Assembly: GCA_965200315.1 (NCBI GenBank)
Contig: OZ241362.1
Coordinates: 4,416,001-4,480,000 of the forward strand
Direction of reading: 5' to 3'
Length of the DNA: 64,000 bases
From: Candidatus Latescibacterota bacterium
GTDB lineage: Bacteria; Latescibacterota; UBA2968; UBA8231
The notes under the pieces were generated by a model. That model worked only from the letters and a program-made list of their open reading frames with translations, searched no databases and had not been told where the DNA came from. How positions within the stretch are numbered: position 1 is the stretch's first letter; each line of letters starts with the position of its first letter. Positions 9,718 to 18,299 of this stretch are shown piece by piece. The position numbers and the translations under genes were made by a program.

Positions 9718-11315
9718 CGCGGTGCGTCCTCTTAGGGGTCGCTTTCGCGTGCCTGTGGGCCGCGCTGGGCCGCGCCGAGGTGCAGTTTGTGGAGGTGGCG
9801 GCCGAGGCCGGGGTCGCTTTTCGCCATCAAAATGGAGCCAAGGGGCAAAAGTACCCCATGGAAACTATGGGCTCGGGCACGGCCTTTTTCGACTCCGATG
9901 GCGACGGATGGCTCGACCTGTATTTCGTCAACAGCGCCGGGCCGGGTGCGCTCTACCGCAACGCGAGTGCCGGTCAGTTCGCCGATGTAACCGACGCGGC
10001 CGGCGTGGCCCATGCGGGCTACGGGCTGGGCTGTGCCGCAGCCGACTACGACGGCGACGGCGACTTGGACTTGTACATCACCGCGTACGGCCCCAACATC
10101 CTCTACCGCAACGGGGGCAGCGGCCAGTTCGCCGATGTAACCGACCAAGCCGGCGTGGCCGGGCCAGTGCTAGCCAATCCGGCGATGAGTACGGGCGCGG
10201 CCTTTGCCGACTACGATTTGGACGGCGACTTAGATTTTTTCGTGGCCAATTACGCCAAGTTTCGCCCCGAAATACACGAGCCCTGCATCCGCTCCGGCGG
10301 GATTGCTGTGTACTGCGGGCCGGAGGCCTTTGAGCCGCAACGCGACGTGTTTTATCGCAACGACGGCGACGCGACTTTTGCCGATGTCGCCGAGGAAGCC
10401 GGATTGCTGCCGGACGCCGCCAAGGAATTAGGGGCCTTTTTCATCGACTACGATGCAGACGGCGACTTAGACTTGTACGCGGCTGGCGACCGCACCCCCA
10501 ACTTGCTCTACCGCAACGACGGCGGCCGCTTTGCCGAGATCGGTGCTTTGGCCGGAGTCGCCTACAACGACGCGGGCAAGCCGCTGGCGGGCATGGGGGT
10601 TGACGTGGGTGACTACGACGGCGATGGCCGATTCGACTTCTTCGTCACCAACTACCAGTGGGAGACCAACAGCCTGTACCGCAACCTCGGCAATGGGTTT
10701 TTCGCCGATGTAACCTTTCAGGCTGGGCTGGGGGTTCCCAGCTTGCAGTTCCTCGCGTGGGGCACCCTTTTCATCGACTACGACAACGACGGCGACCGCG
10801 ACCTGTTTGTGGCCAACGGCCACCTCGACGACAACATCCACCTGTTCGACGCGGTGACGTACGCGCAGCAAAACCAACTCTTCCGCAATCAGGGCCAAGG
10901 GCGCTTTGCCGACGTGAGCAATCAGGTGGGCCCCGGCCTGCTGTTGCAGCAAGTCAGCCGCGGTGCGGCCATGGGCGATTACGACAACGACGGCGACCGC
11001 GACATCTCAGTAGCCAACAACAACCAACCAGCCGCGCTCTTGCGCAACGACGGCGGCAACGCCCAGCACTATTTGAGCTTGCGGTTGGTCGGAGACTCCG
11101 TTGGCGCCGAGGTCCGCGTCGCCGCGGGCGATTGGGTGCGCTGGGACGTGGTGCGCGTCGGGTCGAGCTATATGTGCCAAAGCGCAATGCGCCCTTTTTT
11201 CGGCTTGGGAAACCGCACCCACGTTGATGAAGTGGAAATCCACTGGCCCAGCGGTGCTGTGCAGCGCTTGCAAGACATTGCAGCCGACCAAATTCTAACG
11301 GTACACGAGCCTTGA
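9714..11315 (+). CDS. CRTAC1/ASPIC-UnbV family FG-GAP repeat secreted protein
   Basis: Signal peptide; repeated DYDGDGDLDL(Y/F); ETMGSG, AGMGVD, SRGAAMGDYDNDGD; C-terminal GSSYMCQS...GLG...IHWPSG. Confidence 0.93.
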   Translation: MTRCVLLGVAFACLWAALGRAEVQFVEVAAEAGVAFRHQNGAKGQKYPMETMGSGTAFFDSDGDGWLDLYFVNSAGPGALYRNASAGQFADVTDAAGVAHAGYGLGCAAADYDGDGDLDLYITAYGPNILYRNGGSGQFADVTDQAGVAGPVLANPAMSTGAAFADYDLDGDLDFFVANYAKFRPEIHEPCIRSGGIAVYCGPEAFEPQRDVFYRNDGDATFADVAEEAGLLPDAAKELGAFFIDYDADGDLDLYAAGDRTPNLLYRNDGGRFAEIGALAGVAYNDAGKPLAGMGVDVGDYDGDGRFDFFVTNYQWETNSLYRNLGNGFFADVTFQAGLGVPSLQFLAWGTLFIDYDNDGDRDLFVANGHLDDNIHLFDAVTYAQQNQLFRNQGQGRFADVSNQVGPGLLLQQVSRGAAMGDYDNDGDRDISVANNNQPAALLRNDGGNAQHYLSLRLVGDSVGAEVRVAAGDWVRWDVVRVGSSYMCQSAMRPFFGLGNRTHVDEVEIHWPSGAVQRLQDIAADQILTVHEP

Positions 11316-11385
11316 TCGCAGCGGCGTTGCACGAGCACACCCTAGGTATTGTATTATACCCCGTCACAAAAAAGGAGACCTCATC

Positions 11386-12201
11386 ATGCAAGCCCTTTCT
11401 ACTTTTGACGATGCACACCACGAGCAGTTCATGGATCAAGGCTACGTGCGGCTGGGCAATGTCCTGTCCCCAAGCGAATTGGCCGCCTTGCAGCAGCGCA
11501 TTGACGACATCATGCTGGGCCGCGTCCGCTACGAGCACATGCGCTTGCAGGTCGTCGAAGAGGACGGCGAAGTGCGCCGTACCATGGGCAACGAGGTGCA
11601 GACGCTCGCGTACCGGCGCATCGACGACCTAGAGCAAGACCCGCTCTTCCTCGCCTATATACAAACCCCCCTCTTCCACCAGATCGCCCGTCGCTACATC
11701 GGCGAGGAGGTCTCGGTCTTTCGCTCGATGTTTATGAACAAACCGCCCGAGCTTCGCCGCGAACTGCCCTGGCATCAAGACGTGGGGATTGGCTGGGGCA
11801 TCGACACCAATCCCATCGTCACGGTGTGGACGGCACTCGACGACGCGACCACAGCCACGGGCTGCATGCAGATCGTGCCGGGCAGCAACAAGCACGGCAT
11901 CATCAACGAGCGGCACTTTCTCCCCGCCGAGCAAGAGCCCCAATACACGCCCCCAGAGGCGGTGATCGACTTGGAAGCCGAGGCCGGGGAGGCCATTCTG
12001 CTGCACAATTTCCTCCTACATCGCTCGGGCCCCAACTCCACCGCGTCGGCCCGCCGCGCTTTCAGCGCGACCTATATGGATGCCGAGACTCGTACCCGAG
12101 ACACCGGCCAAACCTTTCCAGTGGTCTTCGGCACACAGGCACTGGAGCCGGCGACGGTCGATGGCAAACCGGCCGAGTTGGTTGCCAAATTTTACGGCTG
12201 A
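11386..12201 (+). CDS. Phytanoyl-CoA dioxygenase (PhyH) family Fe(II)/2OG oxygenase
   Basis: PWHQD, VWTALDDAT..TGCMQIVPGS, LLHRSGPN...RRA. Confidence 0.92.
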   Translation: MQALSTFDDAHHEQFMDQGYVRLGNVLSPSELAALQQRIDDIMLGRVRYEHMRLQVVEEDGEVRRTMGNEVQTLAYRRIDDLEQDPLFLAYIQTPLFHQIARRYIGEEVSVFRSMFMNKPPELRRELPWHQDVGIGWGIDTNPIVTVWTALDDATTATGCMQIVPGSNKHGIINERHFLPAEQEPQYTPPEAVIDLEAEAGEAILLHNFLLHRSGPNSTASARRAFSATYMDAETRTRDTGQTFPVVFGTQALEPATVDGKPAELVAKFYG

Positions 12202-12228
12202 TTCTTCAGCACTCTATAGCACTATATA

Positions 12229-14193
12229 ATGTCTATAAAACCCGAGCGGACAGCACCCAAGGAGGCAGACGGAATACCGGCTTTTACCGTCAAATCCGTG
12301 CTGGTTGGATGCGCCGGGGCCTTCAGCGTGTCGGCCGGGGCCGCCTACGGGACCCTCTATCTACACGGCTCCTTTATGGCCTTGGGCACCAGCATGCCCG
12401 GGGCGGTGTTCATCCTCTTCCTACTGACCCTCTTTATCAATCCCCTGCTCAAGCTCGTGCATCCGCGCTTGGGACTCAATCGGCGCGAACTGCTAGTCGT
12501 CTATGCTATGATGGTGATGGCCTCGCCGATCCCGACCCTCTTCGTCGGCAAATTCCTCAGTGCCATTAGCTACCCCTTCTACTATGCCACCGCTGAAAAC
12601 GAGTGGCGGCAACTGATCCACCCCTACATCCCCGATTGGCTGATGGTCCACGACGTGGAGACCGTCCGCAAATTTTACGAGGGCAGTGGACGCGATGAAC
12701 CCATTCCTTGGGAAGTATGGCGCAGCGTCATCGCGATGTGGACGCCCTTTATCTGCGCCCTCTTCCTGATGATGATTTCCTTCATGGCGATCCTGCGCAA
12801 ACAGTGGATTGAGCACGAGCGGCTGATCTATCCCCTGATGCAGGTGCCGCTGGCTATGACCGAGGAGGGCGAAGACGACCAAAAGCTAAGCCCCTTTTTC
12901 AAAAATCCCGTCATGTGGGCCGGTTTTGCCATCCCCGCGCTGTGGGGCACGTTGCACGGGCTGTACAACTACTTTCCCGAGACCATCCCCATCGCCCAGA
13001 ACGTCGATCCCGTGCGCATGGACGTACCGGTTTTCCGCCGCACGGCCGACCTGTATGTTGCGCTGCGCTTCAACATCATTGGTTTCTTCTACTTTCTCAA
13101 GACCGACATCGCCTTCAGCCTGTGGTTTTTCAACCTGCTCTCTTTTGCGGTGCGCGGCATTTTTGGCATTCTCGGCGTGATCAGCAGCGAGACGGGGGGG
13201 GCCGGCCACGCGGTACGCGATCCCTTTTTGGCCTACCAGTCGATGGGCGCGATTCTCGTGCTCTTTTTGGGCGGCATTTGGACGGCGCGCAAGCATCTGC
13301 GAGGTGTGTGGCGCAAGGCTTTCAAAGGCGACGATAGCATTGACGACAGCGACGAAATCCTCTCCTATCGCGCGGCCCTGCTTGTGCTGGCGGTTTCTTG
13401 TCTGGTGATAGTAGGTTGGCTGGGGCTGGCCGGGCTTCCTCCGATCTTCGGACTGGCCATTCTCTTCTTAGGCGTCGTCATCATCTTTGGCTATTCGCGG
13501 GTGGTGGCCGAGGGCGGACTTTCGGATGGCTCACCGCCGGTGGTGCCAGCGGGGATTTTAGTGTCCGCAGTGGGTTCGTCGGTCATCGGTGCCCAAGGTC
13601 TAGTCGTGCTGGCAACGACCTTCCTGTGGACCACTGGGCGCAATTTCGTCATGGTCTCCTGCGCCAATAGTCTGCGGCTGGGCGAGGAGTTGGGGCGCAA
13701 CCGCCGACCGCTCTTTTGGGTCATCGTCTTGGCGCTAGTCGTGGCCGTGGGCGCGGCCGTGTGGATGGTGATGCTGCTCAGCCACAAATACGGAGCAATC
13801 AACCTGTGGATTTGGAGCGGTGGCAACTACAGCTATATAGAAAAAGTCCTCCGCACGCCGACCGATTTCTACGGCTGGGGCTGGGTCAATATGGGGATTG
13901 GCGTGGCCATTATGACCGGATTGATGGTCGCACGTTGGCTCTACGTGTGGTGGCCGCTGCATCCGCTGGGCTACGTGATCGGGCCGATCTGGATCATGGA
14001 CCACTTGTGGTTCAATATGTTCATCGCTTGGGGGATCAAGGTGCTCGTGCTCAAATACGGGGGCGTGCGGCTCTACCTGAAGACGCGACCTTTTTTCATG
14101 GGGATGATCCTCGGCTATTTCACGCCCGGCGGGTTTTACCTGATCGTCGATCACTTCACCGGCATGACTTGGAACGTGATATTCTGGGGTTGA
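12229..14193 (+). CDS. Polytopic membrane protein, DUF6785/DUF6784-type putative (peptide) transporter
   Basis: ELLVVYAMM, LRKQWIEHERLIYPL, RVVAEGG, WWPLHPLGY, LKYGG...RPFFMGMILG; many TM helices. Confidence 0.8.
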   Translation: MSIKPERTAPKEADGIPAFTVKSVLVGCAGAFSVSAGAAYGTLYLHGSFMALGTSMPGAVFILFLLTLFINPLLKLVHPRLGLNRRELLVVYAMMVMASPIPTLFVGKFLSAISYPFYYATAENEWRQLIHPYIPDWLMVHDVETVRKFYEGSGRDEPIPWEVWRSVIAMWTPFICALFLMMISFMAILRKQWIEHERLIYPLMQVPLAMTEEGEDDQKLSPFFKNPVMWAGFAIPALWGTLHGLYNYFPETIPIAQNVDPVRMDVPVFRRTADLYVALRFNIIGFFYFLKTDIAFSLWFFNLLSFAVRGIFGILGVISSETGGAGHAVRDPFLAYQSMGAILVLFLGGIWTARKHLRGVWRKAFKGDDSIDDSDEILSYRAALLVLAVSCLVIVGWLGLAGLPPIFGLAILFLGVVIIFGYSRVVAEGGLSDGSPPVVPAGILVSAVGSSVIGAQGLVVLATTFLWTTGRNFVMVSCANSLRLGEELGRNRRPLFWVIVLALVVAVGAAVWMVMLLSHKYGAINLWIWSGGNYSYIEKVLRTPTDFYGWGWVNMGIGVAIMTGLMVARWLYVWWPLHPLGYVIGPIWIMDHLWFNMFIAWGIKVLVLKYGGVRLYLKTRPFFMGMILGYFTPGGFYLIVDHFTGMTWNVIFWG

Positions 14194-14200
14194 TTCTCAT

Positions 14201-14231
14201 TTGACAGGCACTTGTTATTTTGCGTTATATT
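14201..14231 (+). promoter_or_regulatory. Sigma70-like promoter upstream of the FlgD-Ig gene trio
   Basis: Perfect TTGACA at 14201 and TATATT at 14226 (19-bp spacer, long), then AGGAG RBS. Confidence 0.45.
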
Positions 14232-14267
14232 CGCCGTGAGATTTTCTGCTTTTAGGAGATGGCCGGT

Positions 14268-16322
14268 ATGAAATCCAAGCTCTGTTTGGCAGCGGCGTGT
14301 ATGGCCATAGTCCAAGTCTGCACGGCTGGAGCGCAAGTGTCGCAATTCCGTCTCGGCGGCGCTGATGGCCTCGATTGGGAAGAGCAGACCCTGATCAATT
14401 TGATGGTCGATAACCTCGCGATCCCCGGCTCGATCCAGCCGCTGGAGCTCAAGCCCGACGTCAATGTGGTGACCCGGCTACGCCACTGGACGCGCTATCG
14501 GCAGCCGATTGACATCAGCTATCAAGAGGGGATGCCCCGCATCTGGCGGGCAATCGGCGACGTCTCCCGGCCCGGGCACGTCTCCAACCCGATGGAATTT
14601 ATCGACGGGGATCTCAACACCTTTTACGAAGGGCGCGACTTTCAGGGCAGTGGCGGACTGGGAGGCATCTGGGGCGAGTTCTACACGCTCGATATGGGCA
14701 TGCAGATTCCCGCCGATCACTTCAAGTTGGTGCCGCCCGAGGGCAACGACCCCTTCTTCCAAGAACCGTACCGACCCAACTACAAATTTGAAGCCTACGA
14801 GTTGACGGCCAGCAACGACAAGGTCTTCGTAGAAAGCCAACAACCCCCGCAATTTCGCTCGGGTGTCTCCGTCGCCAACACGCCGTCGGCTTACTATCTG
14901 CCGCTAGACAAACTGTTGGCTAAGGTTGATCAGAACTTCGACGCCGTTATCGAGATCGACTTTCCGCTTCAGTATCTGCGCTTCTTCCGCATGCGAGTAG
15001 TACCTGATCTGCCTCATAAGTTCTCGCGCTACGCGCTGGCCGAGCTAGAGGTTTACGGCCGCGGTTTTGTTCCCCGGGCGCGCTGGCTATCCCAAGTGAT
15101 CGATATGGGCGATCTAATCAATGTCGGCGAAGTGAACTTCGGCTTGAGTACCTATCGGCGCGACGGGGATCAATTGATCGAATCTCCCGCCGCCAAGGCC
15201 GGAGTCAATATCGAGATCAAGACCGGGCTGGACGACGGCCCCATCGCCTATCACTCGTACAACGACTTGGCCCAGCCCGTGGAAGTGGAAAAGGACGTCT
15301 ACGCCAAGCTCAAACCGCGCGTGTGGCCGTGGGATCCACCGGCCGTGGGTTGGCAGGGCGTCATTGCCGCCGACATCAATAACTGGAGCTTCTGGTCGCC
15401 ACCGATCCGGGTTTCAGGACAGCGGCCCCGCGTGCCTAAGGGGCGCTATATTCAGCTACAAATCCAGCTAGAGACCAAAGCCTTGTGGGAGTTCGCCCGT
15501 CTCGATTGGATCACCATCGAGACCTCCCCGTTGTTGGCCGACCGGATCTTGGGCGAGGTCGCTGCGGTTGACCAATTGCGCCCCGACGGCAAAGTGCCAC
15601 AAGTGCCCGCAGGCGCACTGACCAAGTTCATCCTCGACTTGCGCGCTGAGTTTTCCGCCGCCGGCCAGCAGGGATTTGACGCGGTGCGGCTCGGCATGCC
15701 TTCTACGGGCCGGGTGCTGGGGCTGGAGATGGGCGATCCGCTGGCGACTGTGGAGCCGGACAGCATCGTCGACGAAGTGGACGAGTTGGCGGTTTATTTG
15801 CCGCAGATGATCGGGCCGGACACCAACGACGGTATTCGGTTGCACCTAGAAACGACCGTGTATGGTGCGTCTGACCAGTTGCGCGCCGAGGTCTTTGCGC
15901 GGCAGGGCGATTCGCTGCCCCAAAGCGTGGAAGGTGGCGACGCCAGCGACGAATTGGGCACTGACCAGTTGCGGGTATTAGTCAGTTCCGGTTCTCTCGA
16001 ATCCGTGCTGTCCGACGTGGCGATTACCCCCCCAGTCTTCACGCCCCAAGGAGACACTATCAACGACCAAGTGGCCATTGAATACACCTTATTCAGCGTG
16101 CTCGATGCGGTCGAAGTGGACGTCGAGTTGCTGACTTTGGCCGGTCAGCGGGTGCGGAGCCTATCGGGTGGAGTGCAGGGTGCTGGGCATCACGCACTGC
16201 AATGGGATGGCCGCGATGAGGCCAATCAACTCGTCGCGCCAGGCGTGTATCTGGCGCGCATTGGGGCCAACACCGACCGAGGCCGGGAGGTGCGCTTCGG
16301 GGCGGTGGCCGTAGCCTACTAA
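14268..16322 (+). CDS. Secreted protein with C-terminal FlgD Ig-like domain (paralogue 1)
   Basis: Signal peptide; discoidin-like FYTLDMG segment; WSFWSPP; FTPQGDTIND...WDGRDEANQLVAPGVY; ends AVAY. Confidence 0.85.
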   Translation: MKSKLCLAAACMAIVQVCTAGAQVSQFRLGGADGLDWEEQTLINLMVDNLAIPGSIQPLELKPDVNVVTRLRHWTRYRQPIDISYQEGMPRIWRAIGDVSRPGHVSNPMEFIDGDLNTFYEGRDFQGSGGLGGIWGEFYTLDMGMQIPADHFKLVPPEGNDPFFQEPYRPNYKFEAYELTASNDKVFVESQQPPQFRSGVSVANTPSAYYLPLDKLLAKVDQNFDAVIEIDFPLQYLRFFRMRVVPDLPHKFSRYALAELEVYGRGFVPRARWLSQVIDMGDLINVGEVNFGLSTYRRDGDQLIESPAAKAGVNIEIKTGLDDGPIAYHSYNDLAQPVEVEKDVYAKLKPRVWPWDPPAVGWQGVIAADINNWSFWSPPIRVSGQRPRVPKGRYIQLQIQLETKALWEFARLDWITIETSPLLADRILGEVAAVDQLRPDGKVPQVPAGALTKFILDLRAEFSAAGQQGFDAVRLGMPSTGRVLGLEMGDPLATVEPDSIVDEVDELAVYLPQMIGPDTNDGIRLHLETTVYGASDQLRAEVFARQGDSLPQSVEGGDASDELGTDQLRVLVSSGSLESVLSDVAITPPVFTPQGDTINDQVAIEYTLFSVLDAVEVDVELLTLAGQRVRSLSGGVQGAGHHALQWDGRDEANQLVAPGVYLARIGANTDRGREVRFGAVAVAY

Positions 16323-16339
16323 GCATGGAGTTTCAATCA

Positions 16340-18283
16340 ATGGGCTTGCGCACGACAATTTCTCGCTTGGCGACCCTGTGCATAGCTGCTGTGGTCCTCG
16401 CTCCACAACCAGCAGTTGCGGAAGTCCGCCAGTGGGTGGTGGGTGGGGACGAAGGAGCCGCTTGGCGGGAACACGAGTTGCTTTCCACCGCGATGAGTTT
16501 CGACGTGCCGGGTGCCATCCAACTCGTAGCCTTTACCTCTAAGGACAACGTCATTCCGAGTCTGACTTGGGTTGATGGGTTTCCGAGTGGCTACGTGGAG
16601 GAACGCGCCCAAGCACTGATTTGGGACAACGTAGCGGTCGTGCGCCCCCTGTTGGAGATCGTCGATGGCATCGACACGACCTCCACCCACCTCGCGTTTA
16701 AACGCTTTGGCATCGCCCAAGACGGCACCAAGTTTTTCTTTGATTTAGGGACCCGCTTTCCCGCCAATCGAATTGCGTTTTTTCCGCGCTTAGAGGGCAT
16801 CAGTTCAGAGGGGCGTCCCTTCAGCGAAGACTACATCCGCGGCTACGTGCTCAAAGTCAATGACGGCGCGAGCTTCAACGAGCGGGACGAGCCGATCTAT
16901 ACCCCCATAAAGCGCGTCGACTTTACCCGCGAGAACACGACGCAGATCGACTTCCCCCTGCAATTCGTCCGCTACATTGAATTAGAAGTCACCTCGGCTA
17001 GCCCGTTTGAACTGGCCGAATTTCAACTCTTCGGTACGGGATTCGCGCCGGCCGGCTCCTATCGGTCAAAGATCATCGACCTCGGAGAGCCAGCTAATCT
17101 CAGCCGCATGGAATGGACGCTGGAAAAGCTGCGTCAGAGCGGCGACGAGCTAATCGTCGAGCCAGCCGCCGATGCCGATTTGACGGTGGTGATGCGCACC
17201 GGCCTAGACGACAACCCCCGGGTCTATTACGAGTACGTCGATCTCTTTACCCGCGAGCGGCAGGTCGTCTCCGAAGACGAGTACAAGGCCCTCGACGAAA
17301 GTGTGCGCGGCCCGATTGACGACGACCAAGTCAACTGGAGTTTGTGGTCGCCCCCCTTCCTTGAGTCCGGCCAGCCCATCCAGCTACCCAGCCCAAGGCG
17401 CTACTTCCAGTTTGAGGTGCGAATCGAAAGCGGCGCGATTCTCGACGGCTTGCGGCTCACCTCCCTGCGCGTCGAACACACGATCCCGCCCGTGGCCCAG
17501 CTCTTGGTGGCTGAGGTTTCCGAGTTAGACGTCCCCCGTCCCCCCGGCGATGTGCCCATTGTAACCGCCGGGGACTTTACGACGTTTGCCTACGATGTCG
17601 TAGCCCAAATCGAGGAGGCGGACACCGGCTTTGACGCCCTGCGCATCCTCACACCCCAATCGACGCCCGTGTTTCGGCAATTCTTCACCGGAGAAGATGG
17701 GGTCGAGGTCACACCCGACAGCGTGCAAGCAGACCTAGGCAGTCTGACTATTTTCTTTCCTTCGCAACGGCCAGCGATCGGCATTCACCGCATGCGCGCC
17801 GTATTCGACTCGCAGATTTTCATCCAAGGCACCTCGGTCGAAGCTGAGGTCTTTGACTCGCAGGCCGAGGACGGCGTGCCGCAGCGAGTGCAGCCCGGCG
17901 ACGCCAACCCAGAAGTGCTGACCAATGCTCTGCGGGTGCTGACAACGGCCGCTTCGGCCAGCCAGTTGGTGTCCTCCTTGGCAGTAAGTAGTCCGGTCTT
18001 TACCCCCAATGGAGACGGTATCAACGACCAAGTAGAATTGATCTACAGCCTGTTGCAGTTGGTCAAGCCGGTCGCAGTGGCAGTTGAAATTCTCGATTTG
18101 GCCGGTCGCCCCGTGCGTACCGTCCTCAAAGCCGAAAGCACGAGCGGAGCCTATGCAGTGGCTTGGAACGGGCGCGACGATCGAGGACAGGTCGTTCCGC
18201 CGGGCCTGTACCTCGCCGTGGTCCAAGTCCACACTGAGCGCGAGACACTTGTGCGTTCTAGCAGCATGGGCGTGGCGTATTGA
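16340..18283 (+). CDS. Secreted protein with C-terminal FlgD Ig-like domain (paralogue 2)
   Basis: Signal peptide; FFDLGTRFPANRIAFFP; WSLWSPP; SPRRYFQF; FTPNGDGIND...WNGRDDRGQVVPPGLY; ends GVAY; start placed after GGAG (track 16325). Confidence 0.85.
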   Translation: MGLRTTISRLATLCIAAVVLAPQPAVAEVRQWVVGGDEGAAWREHELLSTAMSFDVPGAIQLVAFTSKDNVIPSLTWVDGFPSGYVEERAQALIWDNVAVVRPLLEIVDGIDTTSTHLAFKRFGIAQDGTKFFFDLGTRFPANRIAFFPRLEGISSEGRPFSEDYIRGYVLKVNDGASFNERDEPIYTPIKRVDFTRENTTQIDFPLQFVRYIELEVTSASPFELAEFQLFGTGFAPAGSYRSKIIDLGEPANLSRMEWTLEKLRQSGDELIVEPAADADLTVVMRTGLDDNPRVYYEYVDLFTRERQVVSEDEYKALDESVRGPIDDDQVNWSLWSPPFLESGQPIQLPSPRRYFQFEVRIESGAILDGLRLTSLRVEHTIPPVAQLLVAEVSELDVPRPPGDVPIVTAGDFTTFAYDVVAQIEEADTGFDALRILTPQSTPVFRQFFTGEDGVEVTPDSVQADLGSLTIFFPSQRPAIGIHRMRAVFDSQIFIQGTSVEAEVFDSQAEDGVPQRVQPGDANPEVLTNALRVLTTAASASQLVSSLAVSSPVFTPNGDGINDQVELIYSLLQLVKPVAVAVEILDLAGRPVRTVLKAESTSGAYAVAWNGRDDRGQVVPPGLYLAVVQVHTERETLVRSSSMGVAY

Positions 18284-18299
18284 GAAAGGAGCGGTATCT

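Noticed and set aside
9880-11000. Recurring gactacgacggcgacggcgac-like DNA repeats as CRISPR or tandem array
   Set aside because: They encode FG-GAP DxDxDG motifs inside a CDS with irregular spacing
18084-18299. Long N-terminal extension of the 834-aa ORF
   Set aside because: Overlaps the previous gene; RBS and signal peptide point to ATG 18300
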